NCBI RefSeq assembly: GCF_006345805.1
Contig: NW_021823845.1
Span: forward strand, 1-20,873
Length of the DNA stretch: 20,873 nt
Source: Octopus sinensis
Lineage: Eukaryota
Reading direction: 5' to 3'
Shown here: one piece after another, positions 1-10,373 of the stretch
Numbering within the stretch: the stretch's first letter is position 1
Layout of the letters: every line of letters begins with the position of its first letter
Made by a program: the position numbers and the translations under genes
Notes under the pieces: generated by a model
What the model saw: the letters and a program-made list of their open reading frames with translations, nothing else
Database searches by the model: none
Told to the model about the DNA's origin: nothing

Positions 1-225
1 AGCACATCGGATAAAGCTATAAACAATGACATTTAAATATTGGATAGGGAAAACCCCCTTTGGATAGAGAAAGGGTTTCGTTTCCCAATATTTACAAGTT
101 ATTGTTCATAGCTTTACGTGTGTGCTTCGAGATACACTAGTCCAAAGCAGAATTATTTCATGTGCTTTCTAAAATTTACAAAATTCTTAAGACGTTAACA
201 ATATATATATAAATACGTAAACATA

Positions 226-501
226 TACGTGGTCTCATCAATAAATATCCGGACTGTTGCCATAGTAACGAAACTAAAGCAGGCAGATTGAAGCCGCTTG
301 ACATAGATTGACCTTGAACTTTGCTGTATATGCGCACTAAGTTTTTATGTTCCAGCTTACTCCGCTCTTTACAGCATTATTTGGAAGGAAGGTGTGTAGC
401 GTGTGATCGTCGCATTGACCATGACAGAGAAAGTTGAACGGAGAATCTGCATCAAATTTTGCCAAAAGCTTGGCGATACCTGCTCAGAGCCCTACGCAAA
501 G
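226..501 (+). mobile_element. mariner (Tc1/mariner) 5' end: TA + TIR + transposase N-terminus
   Basis: TA at 226-227, then TIR-like CGTGGTCTCATCAATAAATATCCGGACT. ATG at 421 reads MTEKVERRICIKFCQKLGDTCSEPYAK, matching the mariner N-terminal QRICIKFC..LG pattern. Confidence 0.85.
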
Positions 502-683
502 TTTCTAAAACGTGTTCCTTGTTCTCGACCCAATCAAGGAGATCTTATGTAACTGAAACCCCGAGTGTCTTTTTGGTCAGCTGAAAACAGTTTGGGCACA
601 AGCTTGGTAGAAATGCGTCTCATACCCAAATCTTCAGTGATAATGGACTGAACTGAACCGTAACTAATCTGTGTATTCTCTGA
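497..683 (-). pseudogene. inverted internal mariner transposase fragment
   Basis: Minus strand reads ISYGSVQSIITEDLGMRRISTKLVPKLFSADQKDTR / VSVT*DLLDWVENKEHVLETL (WVPxxL linker region), with one frameshift and one stop. Confidence 0.85.
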
Positions 684-685
684 TA

Positions 686-975
686 TCGATAAATTAAGTA
701 GCCGTTGCGTACTGGGGTCGATCTAATCGACTGGCGCCCTCCCCCATAATTTCGGACCTTGTGCCTAGAGTAAAAAAGAATCGTTAGCTCGCCAAGCAAA
801 ATGCTAAACGGTATTTCGTCCGTCTTTATATTCTGAGTTCAAATTCCACCGAGGTCGACTTTTTCTTTCATCCTGTCGGGGTCGATAAATTAAGTACCAA
901 TGAAACACTGGGGTCTATGTGATCGACTAGTCCTCTTCCCCCAAAATTTCAGGCCTTGTGCCTTTAATAGAAAGG
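686..975 (+). mobile_element. two tandem partial copies of a tRNA-derived SINE
   Basis: TCGATAAATTAAGTA..ACTGGGGTC...CCTTGTGCCT occurs at 686-780 and again at about 883-975. The second copy has a B-box GAGTTCAAATTCC at 835-847. Confidence 0.8.
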
Positions 976-999
976 CCTATCAATCATTATGGCTGTTAG

Positions 1000-1190
1000 A
1001 AAGATGTGTGGCCAGGTGGTTAGGGTGTCGGACAAATGATCGTAAAATCGAAGTTTCGATTTCCGAACCGGACAGTACGTTGTGCTCTTGAGCAAAACAC
1101 TTCATTTCACCTTGCTCTACGATTACTTTGATATCTGACGTGTGACATGATTGTGCACCAGTACATTGTAAGTAGTCGATTGGCTGGAGG
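1000..1190 (+). mobile_element. tRNA-derived SINE with CORE-like central domain, degraded
   Basis: A-box-like TGGCCAGGTGG and B-box-like GTTTCGATTTCC, then TTGTGCTCTTGAGCAAAACACTTCATTTCACCTTGCTC, which is related to the start of 4441-4692. Confidence 0.7.
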
Positions 1191-1321
1191 TGGCAGGGGG
1201 AGGAGCTAACATACAGCAGAAACATTTTAATAAGCTACAAACACATCTGTACAGGCTGGTTGTTCAGCAAGAAATTGTGGAACTCTCATCTGTCGATATT
1301 GCCGAAGTGGCTGCTGCTGTT

Positions 1322-1713
1322 GCTGCTGTTGCTGTTGCTGTTGTTGTTGCTGCTGTTGCTGTTGAGCGAAGCGGTCTTCGTCCCTGTAGTGGGAGAAGTG
1401 ATATTCGTAAGACCCGCAGTACTATTGTAAGACCCACAGAAGAGAAAGCAGGTCAACCCCCGACACCGAGAGCATCGACGGATGGATGAATGCGCATCCA
1501 GGCTCAGCGGCTGCGCAGGAAGTCGGGGACAAGAAACAGGAAGGAAGAGTGAGAGAAAGTTGGAGCGAAAGAGTACAACAGGGGTCGCCACCACCCCCTG
1601 CCGGAGCCTCGTGTAGCTTTAGGTGTTTTCGCTCAATAAACACACACAACGCCCGGTCTGGGAATCGAAACCGCGAGTCCGCTGCCCTAACCATTGGGCA
1701 ATTGCGCTTCCAC
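1322..1713 (-). mobile_element. near full-length tRNA-derived SINE with (CAA/CAG)n tail and 12-bp TSD
   Basis: Head GTGGAAGCGCAATTGCCCAATGGTTAGGGCAGCGG...GGTTTCGATTCCC. Triplet tail at 1322-1365. Direct repeat GCTGCTGCTGTT at 1310-1321 and 1716-1727. Confidence 0.85.
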
Positions 1714-1947
1714 ATGCTGCTGCTGTTATTGTTCTTGCTAGTGGTGCTTGTACTGGCGATGGTATTGTTCGTGTTGTTACGGCTGCTCTAGGCCCAGTGT
1801 TTCTTAATTTTTCTCCTGTATTTCCTCTCGCCCTGAACTAGCTCATCCTTAGGATGAGTCGTCCTCGTCTCTTACATCCGAGTATCCTTCTCCTTGACAA
1901 GATGTTCTAATACGAACTAGGGTCGGTCTTATAAAGCGCTAGCTCAC

Positions 1948-2036
1948 CATGTATGTAACTTCACAGCTGCTGGATAATCGTTGCCTTTCGTCGTTGTCGA
2001 AGATTACCAGAAAACCATCAGAACAAAACGTAATAT
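1948..2036 (-). CDS. candidate internal exon of an unknown host gene (89 nt)
   Basis: Acceptor TTTCATCTGTTTTTTTTACAG| and donor ATG|GTGAGC. One open frame: ITFCSDGFLVIFDNDERQRLSSSCEVTYM. No family recognised. Confidence 0.3.
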
Positions 2037-2055
2037 CTGTAAAAAAAACAGATGA

Positions 2056-2447
2056 AATATACACACATACGTACGTACGTACATACATACATACATATAT
2101 ACGTACGTACGTACATACTTACATGCATACGTACGTACGTACGTACGTACATACGTACATTGGTACGTACGTACATACATACATACATACATACATACAT
2201 ACGTACGTACGTACATACATACATACATTACATACATGAGTACGTACTTATATACATACATACATACATACATACACACGTACGTACGTACGTACAAACA
2301 TATATACATGTATATATACATACATACGTACGTACGTACATACATGCATACATAACTACATACATATGCACACACATACATACATACATACATACATACA
2401 TACATACATACATACATTACATACATACATACATACATACACACGTA
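2056..2447 (+). repeat. compound (TACA)n/(TACG)n microsatellite
   Basis: Direct reading. Confidence 0.97.
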
Positions 2448-2671
2448 CATATTATTGCGACTTTTTTTCAACAAAACCAATAACAATATTTAACACGAAC
2501 ATCTTTAATGACGGTCTGACCATCTGCTAAGCAAATGGGAAACAGTAATTGAAGTAGATGGTGAATATACTCCGGAATAATCATATAAAGATATTTTTGT
2601 TACATGCTGTTATTGTTGTTGAATAAAAAATTATTGAAAAAAAGCCACAATAATTATGCACCAAACCAATA
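2448..2671 (+). mobile_element. internally deleted mariner (MITE-like) with long inverted ends
   Basis: Right TIR AAAAAAGCCACAATAATTATGCACCAAACCAATA. The left end ATTATTGCGACTTTTTTTCAA..CAATAACA..ATCTTT mirrors it. Interior reads FNDGLDHLLSKWETVIEVDGEY (mariner C-terminus). Confidence 0.8.
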
Positions 2672-2769
2672 CTAAGCTAGATCTACAGGTCACCTATTCT
2701 GATAAGTCTCTAACCAATGGACTCTCACTCAAAAGAATTTCAATGAAAGCTGTGCTGTAGCTCAACGTA

Positions 2770-3120
2770 CAAACATATATACATGCATACATACGTACAT
2801 ACATACATACATACGTACGTACTTACATACATGCATACATACATAACTACATACACATACACACACATACATACATACATACATACATACATACATACAT
2901 ACATACATACATACATACATACATACATACGTACATACTTACATACATACATACATACTTACGTACGTACATACATACATACATACATACATACATACAT
3001 ACATACATACTCATACATACATACATACATACATACATACATACATACATACGTACGTAAGTACATACATACATACATACGTACGTACATACATACATAC
3101 TTACATACGTACGTACATAC
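2770..3120 (+). repeat. (TACA)n microsatellite
   Basis: Direct reading. Confidence 0.97.
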
Positions 3121-3760
3121 AAATTGTTCAACCATGTCCGGCATACAAATCTCTTACCAGAACTTCCAGCCTACGGATTCTATCGATCTCTCATTTCTTG
3201 GATCAGTAGCTGCCCATCCAATCACACCATTACAGCATGTGTTGACCAAACACTTTCTGCCTCCATTCTTTATCAAACTTGGTGTCCCCAACAATTTTGG
3301 CTTTGTCCTCAACTCTCTTCCTTCTAAACCTTTTCTGCCATTGCGTCCAGAAAAATAGTCGCTCATTTGCAGACGTCACGATTCTTCATTCTTCCCTCAC
3401 TTTCCCCAACCATGTATCGTTCACATGTAGCCAAGGACACCCCAGGCCAAGCTTGTGCTAATCCAGTAAAAAGAGAATTGGAAAGCGTCCTCCAATGTAA
3501 CTGTTACCAAACTTATCTCTCTTAACAGAAAAGAGAAAAAAAAAACCTTAAGCAACACCCATATCAAGAACAGAGTGTGCCACAGTTGAAGTCCTCAAAG
3601 ACGCTCCAAATGCTAAGCCTCACGATCGTTGAAGGCCTCTCTCAGTATATTTAACATGACTAAGTCTTTATCCAAAAGACAGGCCTTTCTCTTCAAGAAC
3701 AGAAAATTCTTCAGCTGACCAACCAACCAAAAAACAGCAGCAGACTCTCTACAAGTTTTA
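3121..3760 (+). mobile_element. degraded non-LTR retrotransposon RT fragment (CR1/Jockey-group-like)
   Basis: Across frames: HVRHTNLLPELPAYGFYRSLISWISSCPSNHTITACVD; GVP..LSSTLFLLNLFCH..RSFADVTILHSSL (the GVPQGSVLSPTLF and YADD motifs); KSLSKRQAFLFKNRKFFS...TLYK. Confidence 0.85.
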
Positions 3761-3865
3761 TTAAACACAACTACCAACAACCCCACCATCACCACCATCT
3801 ATATTACCACTACCACCACTACCACCACCACCACCACTACTACTATGATTTGTAAAGTGTGATAT

Positions 3866-4218
3866 ATGCATTTATGCATTTATGTATGTATGTATGTCTT
3901 TACGTATGTATGTATGTCTATATGTATGTATTTAGGTATGTATTTCGTATCTAATTTTATAATGCTGTATATATATGTGTATGCATGCATGTCTACGTAT
4001 GTACGTGCGTGTATATATGTGTTGTACGGTTGTATGTATGTAGTATGTATGTATGTATGTATGTATGTATGTTGTATGTATGTCTTTACGTAGTATGTAT
4101 GTAATGTATGTGCGTGTATTATGTGTTTGTAGTATGTATGTATGTATGTCTGTATTTATGTATGTATGTATTATGTATGTATGATGTATATGTATGTAGT
4201 AAATGTATGTATGTATGT
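3866..4218 (+). repeat. degenerate (TATG)n microsatellite
   Basis: Direct reading. It is the reverse complement of the TACA tracts on the other side of the LINE fragment. Confidence 0.95.
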
Positions 4219-4251
4219 ACTTCACACTTAGAAGGCTATGCGATTGCTAAC

Positions 4252-4332
4252 CTGAGCAAGAGATTCTACAAGATACCGAATGAAGACGAGATCCTTCAAG
4301 ATGCACCCGAAAATGTCGATTATGTCACATTT
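4252..4332 (-). CDS. candidate 81-nt phase-0 exon of unknown gene
   Basis: Acceptor GTGCTATTTTCCGCAG| and donor CAG|GTTAGC. Open frame KCDIIDIFGCILKDLVFIRYLVESLAQ; the other two frames are closed. A competing plus-strand reading exists. Confidence 0.22.
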
Positions 4333-4440
4333 CTGCGGAAAATAGCACACGTGTGATTAGCAGCTGCTAATGTCATCAAGGTATTATGATGAAAATCTGT
4401 TCCCTCCTCAGTGGAAGATTTATAATAATTAAAAACTAGA

Positions 4441-4692
4441 AGAGACACTTTATTTCACGTTGCTCCAGTTCACTCAGCTGTAGAAATGCGTTGCGACATC
4501 ACGGGTTCCAAGCTGTATCGGCCCCTTTGCCTTTCCCTTGGATAACATCAGTAGCATGGAGAGGAGAGGCTGGTTTGCAGGGGTGGCTGCTGGTCTTCCA
4601 TAAGACAGCCTTGCCTGGACTTGTGCCTCGGAGGGGAACTTTCTAGGTGCAATACCGTGATCATTTGTGACCGAAGGGGGTCTTTACCCTTT
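4441..4692 (+). mobile_element. 5'-truncated SINE (CORE-like body plus LINE-derived 3' end)
   Basis: GACACTTTATTTCACGTTGCTCCAGTTCACTCAGCTGTAGAAATG...GACTTGTGCCTCGGAGGGGAACTTTCTAGGTGCAAT...GACCGAAGGGGGTCTTTACC. Confidence 0.7.
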
Positions 4693-4872
4693 GCTCCTAT
4701 ATATGCATGTGCGTTATTTCGCGTATGCACCATTATCTCTCCCCGCATGTGCGCACACGTGTACATGTGTGTATGTGTGTGTGTGTGTGTGTATGCATGT
4801 GTACGCGTGTATGTTAATGTGCAGCCACCCGATTTATTTCTTATCGTTACATAAATACTTCGTTTGATTAGC

Positions 4873-5609
4873 TGACTACTACAACCACCACCACCACATC
4901 CACTACCGCCACCACCACTACATCCACCACCACATCCACCACCGCCACCACATCCAACATCACCACCACATCCACCACTACCACATCCACCACATCCACC
5001 ACCGCCACCACCACTACATCCACCACCACTACATCCACCACCTCCACCACTACATCCACCACCACCACCACATCCACCACCACCACCACCACCACTACAT
5101 CCACCACCACATCCACCACCACCACCACCACCACCACATCCAACATCACCACCACATCCACTACTACCACCACATCCACCACATCCACCCATCACCACCA
5201 CCACCACATCCACCACCACCACATCCACACACCACCACTCACCAACCACCACCACCACCACCACCACATCCACCACCACCACCACCACCACTAAAAATCC
5301 ACCACCACATCCACCACCACCACCAACATCACCACCACATCCACTACTACCACCATCACCAACCAACCACCACTACATCCACCACCTCATTCCCACCACC
5401 AACACCACACCACATCCACCACCACCACAACCACCACCACTACAACTGCCTACACTGTAATCAATATTATATAATATCAACCACTCTCAACACACGACCT
5501 CTACTGTCACACTACTACTACCACAACTACAACAACAACAACTACTACTACTACTATTACTACCACAACTACTACTGCTATTTTTACCACATCCACAACA
5601 ACAACAATG

Positions 5610-5647
<38 letters not shown>

Positions 5648-6220
5648 CATAACAACAATTACTACTACCACTACTATCACAATGGCAAAAACTACAACAG
5701 CTACAACCACTACAACAGCTAGCATAAACATAGGAGGTACCACCACTATCACTACATCCGCCACCACCACATCCACCACTACTGCCTACACTGTAATTAA
5801 TATTACATCAACTGTCCTCAACACACGACCTCTACTGTCACACTAGTACTTCTACCACAACAACTACTACTACCACAACTACTACTACCACAACTACTAT
5901 TACCACAACTACTACTACCACTACCATATCAACAGAGCAACTACTACCACTATCACAATGACAAGAACTACAACAGCTAGCATAAACACAAGGAAGTACC
6001 ACCACCACCACCACCACCACCACCACCACTACAACAGCTGCCACGACCACAGCAACTGGTACCCAGACTGCAACCACTATTCGCAACAACAGATCGCCTC
6101 CAGCTACACATATAACCACAACGATAAGGGATTACTTCACAGACAACTACCGTTACTGCAGCAGTAGGTACCACCACCACTACCACCTTGACAACAACTA
6201 CAACAACAAGTGACGGCACA

Positions 6221-6252
<32 letters not shown>

Positions 6253-6253
6253 G

Positions 6254-6289
<36 letters not shown>

Positions 6290-6545
6290 ACTACTACTAC
6301 TACTACTACTACAACTACTACTACTACTACTATTACAAAAAAACCATATGTGGTAGCTCAACTACTACTAACATTTACTACTACCACTACAACTACTACT
6401 ACTACTACCACAACTACTACTTCTACAACTACTACTACTACTACTACTATTTATACTATAACTAATACTAATACTACTAACAAAACCACCTGTAGTAGCA
6501 CTACTACCACCACAACTACTACTACTACTACTTCAATAATAATAA
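4873..6545 (+). repeat. ACC/ACT/ACA triplet low-complexity region with higher-order repeats
   Basis: CCACCACCACAT-type units. The marker CCAACAT recurs at 4954, 5140 and 5323. A duplicated block ACTGCCTACACTGTAAT..CAACACACGACCTCTACTGTCACACT occurs at about 5445 and 5781. Confidence 0.9.
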
Positions 6546-6796
6546 TAATAATAATGATAATAATAATGCACTGTTCTCTCACTCAATAATAATAATAATA
6601 ATAATCTTATATGAACTGTAAATTTTTCCACCACTACGACTACTACTGTTAACTCCACAACAGACTGTAAAACTATTGCCGTTACTACAGCAGCATATAA
6701 CACCACAACTAAGGCCCTAATAGCAGGTACCATTTCTTCTACTGAGACCTCAACAACTGACAGTGAAGGGCTATAGATAGATAGATAGATAGATAG

Positions 6797-6963
6797 ATAT
6801 GTTTCTTTATTAGCCACAGAGGGCTCAACACGACAGGAACAAAATTACAAGGTAGAGCTTTTCTTTTGGGGAAAGAGGGGGGGTTTGGTTTTCGATCAAA
6901 AGGGATCGTAAATGGAAAGAAAGAGGACAAAAAAAGGGGGGATAAAATAAAAAAAATAAAAAA
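6797..6963 (-). mobile_element. short retroposon 3' end with (TCTA)n tail inside (GATA)n, copy 1
   Basis: ATATGTTTCTTTATTAGCCAC...ACAAGGTAGAGCTTTTCTTTTGGGG...TTTTCGATCAAAAGGGATCGTAAA. Near-identical to 17941-18115. GATA tracts on both sides. Confidence 0.8.
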
Positions 6964-7290
6964 TAGATAGATAGATAGATAGATATAATAGATAGATAGA
7001 TAGATGATAGATAGAGTGAATGAGTGAGCGAGTGAGGGGGAGTAGATAGTGCGAGGGAAGGGGAGGTGGAGAGAAAAGGTGGGTGATAGTGTCAGGGGAT
7101 GCACGTGTGCTCGCAGGTGTCCGTTACGACTGTGATGAGGCAGTCGTCCTTTCCACTACTGGAGTAGGTGAGATGGCGTATGTATATGCATGTGTGTATG
7201 TGTGTGTGTGTGTTTGTGTGCATGTGTGCGTGCGTGTGCGTGTGCAGATATATATTTGTGTGTGCATATATATATATAATATATATATAT

Positions 7291-7688
7291 AGGCGGCAGG
7301 ATGCTGTTTGGTAAGTAGCTTGTTTACCACCACATGGTTCTGGGTTCCGTCCCACTGCGTGGCACCCTGGGCGAGTGTCTTCTAATATAGCTTCGGGCTG
7401 ACCAAGCCCTTGTGAGTGGATTTGTAGACGAAACTGAAAGAGCCCGTCGTATATATGTATATATTTATGTGCGCGTGTGTGTTCTTTGTTTGTCCCCACA
7501 GCATTGCTTGACAACCGATGCTGGGTGTTTATGTCCCCGGTTACTTAGCGGTCGGCAAAAGAGATCGATAGAATAAGTACTGGGGCTACAAAAAGAATAA
7601 GTCCCGGGTCGAGTTGCCCGATTAAAGGCGGTGCTCCCAGCATGGCCGCAGTCAAATGACTGAAAACAAGTAAAGAGTAAATAGTAAA
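7291..7688 (+). mobile_element. near full-length tRNA-derived SINE with internal TA/TG microsatellite
   Basis: B-box-like GGGTTCCGTCCC. 5' body ending ACGAAACTGAAAGAGCCCGTCG, then TA/TG repeat, then 3' body GCTTGACAACCGATG...GGCGGTGCTCCCAGCATGGCCGCAGTCAAATGACTGAAAACAAGTAAA. Confidence 0.9.
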
Positions 7689-7740
7689 TATAATATATAT
7701 ATATATATATTATATATATATATATCTATATTATTTTATT

Positions 7741-7905
7741 CTTTTATTCAGTTTTTGTTTTTAGTCATTTGACTGCGTCCATGCTGGAGCACCGCTTTTA
7801 GTCGAACAAATCGCCCCCAGGACTTATTCTTTGTAAGCCTAGTACTTATTCTATCCGCTAAGTTGCAGGGACATAAACACACTAACATCGGTTGTGAAGA
7901 CACAC
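7741..7905 (-). mobile_element. 3' half of the same SINE family, opposite orientation
   Basis: GTCATTTGACTGCGTCCATGCTGGAGCACCGC is the reverse complement of the 3' body at about 7625-7665. Confidence 0.88.
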
Positions 7906-7961
7906 AACGTATATATATATATATATATATATATATCTATATATATATATATACTATATAT

Positions 7962-8183
7962 ATTATATATAGTTTACTTCAAACAAGAAAACACACAAAA
8001 AAAAAACAACAAAACACAACAACGCGAGGACGTGGAACAAATAAAGTATTATTGGACGCTCAGAAAGAGGGAAGAAGGAGGGTCCTAAACGTTTCGAGCG
8101 AGCTCTTTTGTCGGAAACATAGGAGAGGAAAGATCCCGAGAAGGGAAGACAGAGGAAAAAATCGCCAACGGTACTCACGAGGT

Positions 8184-8190
<7 letters not shown>
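7962..8190 (-). mobile_element. solo PLE-type pLTR with degenerate hammerhead motif
   Basis: Minus strand of 8085-8118 reads GTTT-CCGACAA-AA-GAGC TC GCTC-GAAACGTT. It lies between TA tracts. Confidence 0.6.
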
Positions 8191-8229
<39 letters not shown>

Positions 8230-8320
8230 TGACTATTTTCTCTTTTCCACTAGGCCGCTGGTAGCGATAAATTTCTATTGAATTTTTTGCTACCCTAAAT
8301 TGACTATATATATAATATAT

Positions 8321-8360
<40 letters not shown>

Positions 8361-8570
8361 ATATATATATATAAATATATATATATATATGTCATATATA
8401 ATATATATTATATCTGATGTGACCATGTGGCATGTAGGCGACCGACCCCGCAGCGTGTGTGTTTATTGAAAGGTGTCCGCTGAAGAGAGACTTTTTAAAA
8501 AGTGCTCAATGCATTCATGTAGAATTAGAATATCTGTGAACACTTCTTGTTTGCATGTACAGATGCGTGT

Positions 8571-8757
8571 TTACGTGACTGTTTCACTGGTTTCAGATTT
8601 AAGCTGTTTTATCGCTATTGATTCCATCATTAATATTCTGTCTTTGTGGTGAATTCTATAGCATTTAAATGTATTGTCCAAAATCTGCTGTCCCATATGT
8701 GTTACTTGCTGTAGGGAACTGGTTCTGCTCCGAGGTTCATATGACCTTTGGGGTTCT
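8571..8757 (-). pseudogene. degraded PLE GIY-YIG endonuclease C-terminal fragment
   Basis: Minus frame TSSLQQVTHMGQQILDNTFKCYRIHHKDRILMMESIAIKQLKSE resembles the PLE C-terminal S(A)I..HL..TGH....F.I.....R...E...I..LKP pattern. Confidence 0.5.
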
Positions 8758-8859
8758 ATTTAAGATTTCATTATTAAAATTTACGTGCAATAAATTGGTT
8801 TATACTTCTATAATACACAAAATATTTTGACGATTTTTTAATACAATTCCTGATAATTT

Positions 8860-9246
8860 TTATATATAAAAGTGAAGTTGTGTGTCTGTCTCCTACAATT
8901 TAGATTCCTAACTACTCCCACATTTTGCGGTGCAGTTTAACCAAAACCGGGTATCTTATAGTCGTGATTCATATCGAGCCCATCTGGGTATTAGCGCGCG
9001 TCTACAATGAGTCTACGATTTTAAAAAAAATTACCATCATTTTTCCCCATTTTTAATGCATTTTTTTGCTATTATATAGGGGAAGTAACTCTCTAAAAAT
9101 GTATTATTAAATCTCAGAGCGTAAAAGCTACAGTAACACCCCCCTTTGGGGTAGCCATATGAGATGGCTATTATACTTTACATCTCTAAAATGCTTATAT
9201 AGTTATTTCCCTTACACACCCGAGCAACGCCGAGCGATGCTGCTAG
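8860..9246 (+). mobile_element. non-autonomous Helitron
   Basis: 5' TATATATAAAAGTGAAGTTGTGTGTCTGTC. 3' decayed hairpin CCCGAGCAACGCCGAGCG, then CTAG (9243-9246) followed by T. Confidence 0.75.
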
Positions 9247-9634
9247 TATTTAATAAAAAAAATATAATAGGGCTAATTAAAAAAATATCGAATAGCTAAG
9301 GGGTCCAGTGGAGTAAAATATTAATCAAAGGGTTGCGAATCAATACTATAGGACATTGCCGTTATATAGTGAATCGGCGGGAAAATGTCATGTCTATGCC
9401 AATAAAACAGTTGTAGTCGTAAAGTTTACAACTTAAACGTTTCAAATCAAATTTATGAATCATTCTTGTCATTGGTTCCTTGTTCGTGCTTCTACTTGTT
9501 TGAGGATTGTTATTTATTGATAAGGACATCTTTAAGTGTTGCTGTTTTTTGTAATATATTATGGTTAATTTGTAGTTTTCTGCAACACATTTTGCGTTCC
9601 GTTTTATGAGGTTCTTTTATGACGTTTTAGATGT

Positions 9635-10141
9635 TTCATTCGTTGAACTGCGACCATGCTGGAGCAATGACTTGTAAGGGTTTTAGCCAAACAAATCACT
9701 TTTAGTGCTTATTTTTAAACCTGATACTTATTCTATCGGCCACTTTGTTTTTCTCGACCGCTATATTACGGGGACGTAAACAAACCAACACCGGTTGTCA
9801 AGCGGTGATGGAGAACACAAAGATACGTACACACGTACACATACACACTATATGTATATATACATACATACATAGATAAACACGCATTGAGTCGAAACAA
9901 GGGCAGCTGATGAAGGGGAATATTCCTTGTATTGTTTGTCTTGTACTCTGTTTTTTCGTTGTTAAAAAAAGTCCGTTTCCTTGTTTGGTTTTATGTTTTC
10001 GTTTCTCGTTGTGTTCTACGTTTATTTGTGGTGTCCTGTACTCTTATATATATATATATATGCATGTATATATACATATAGATGTAGGTATGTACATATA
10101 TGTATGTATGAATGCATATGTTATATTTATTAAATTGTTAT

Positions 10142-10173
<32 letters not shown>

Positions 10174-10328
10174 TAATATATATATATATATATGTATGTA
10201 TTATGTATATTTATATACGTATTATATATATATATATACACACACCACATATATACACATACACACCTATACGTATGTATTTATGTATATATATATATAT
10301 ATACATCTATCTATCTATATAGATATAT

Positions 10329-10373
<45 letters not shown>

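Noticed and set aside
35-93. Imperfect 60-bp hairpin containing CGAAAC on the minus strand
   Set aside because: Several mismatches and no stem II or CUGAUGA. May be chance or a remnant.
1842-1858. Perfect short inverted repeat CTCATCCT-T-AGGATGAG
   Set aside because: 8-bp arms are not unexpected in 21 kb and have no context.
2004-3144. Long MYVC/TYIH-type ORFs
   Set aside because: Translations of TACA/TACG microsatellites.
4108-4356. Plus-strand reading GYAIANLSKRFYKIPNEDEILQDAPENVDYVTFLRKIAHV*
   Set aside because: Weak acceptor, no recognised homology, and it overlaps a minus-strand candidate with better splice signals. Cannot be decided from sequence.
4548-6589. Val-, Gly-, Thr- and Ser-run ORFs up to 272 aa
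   Set aside because: Triplet repeats are stop-poor. No domain and no consistent frame.
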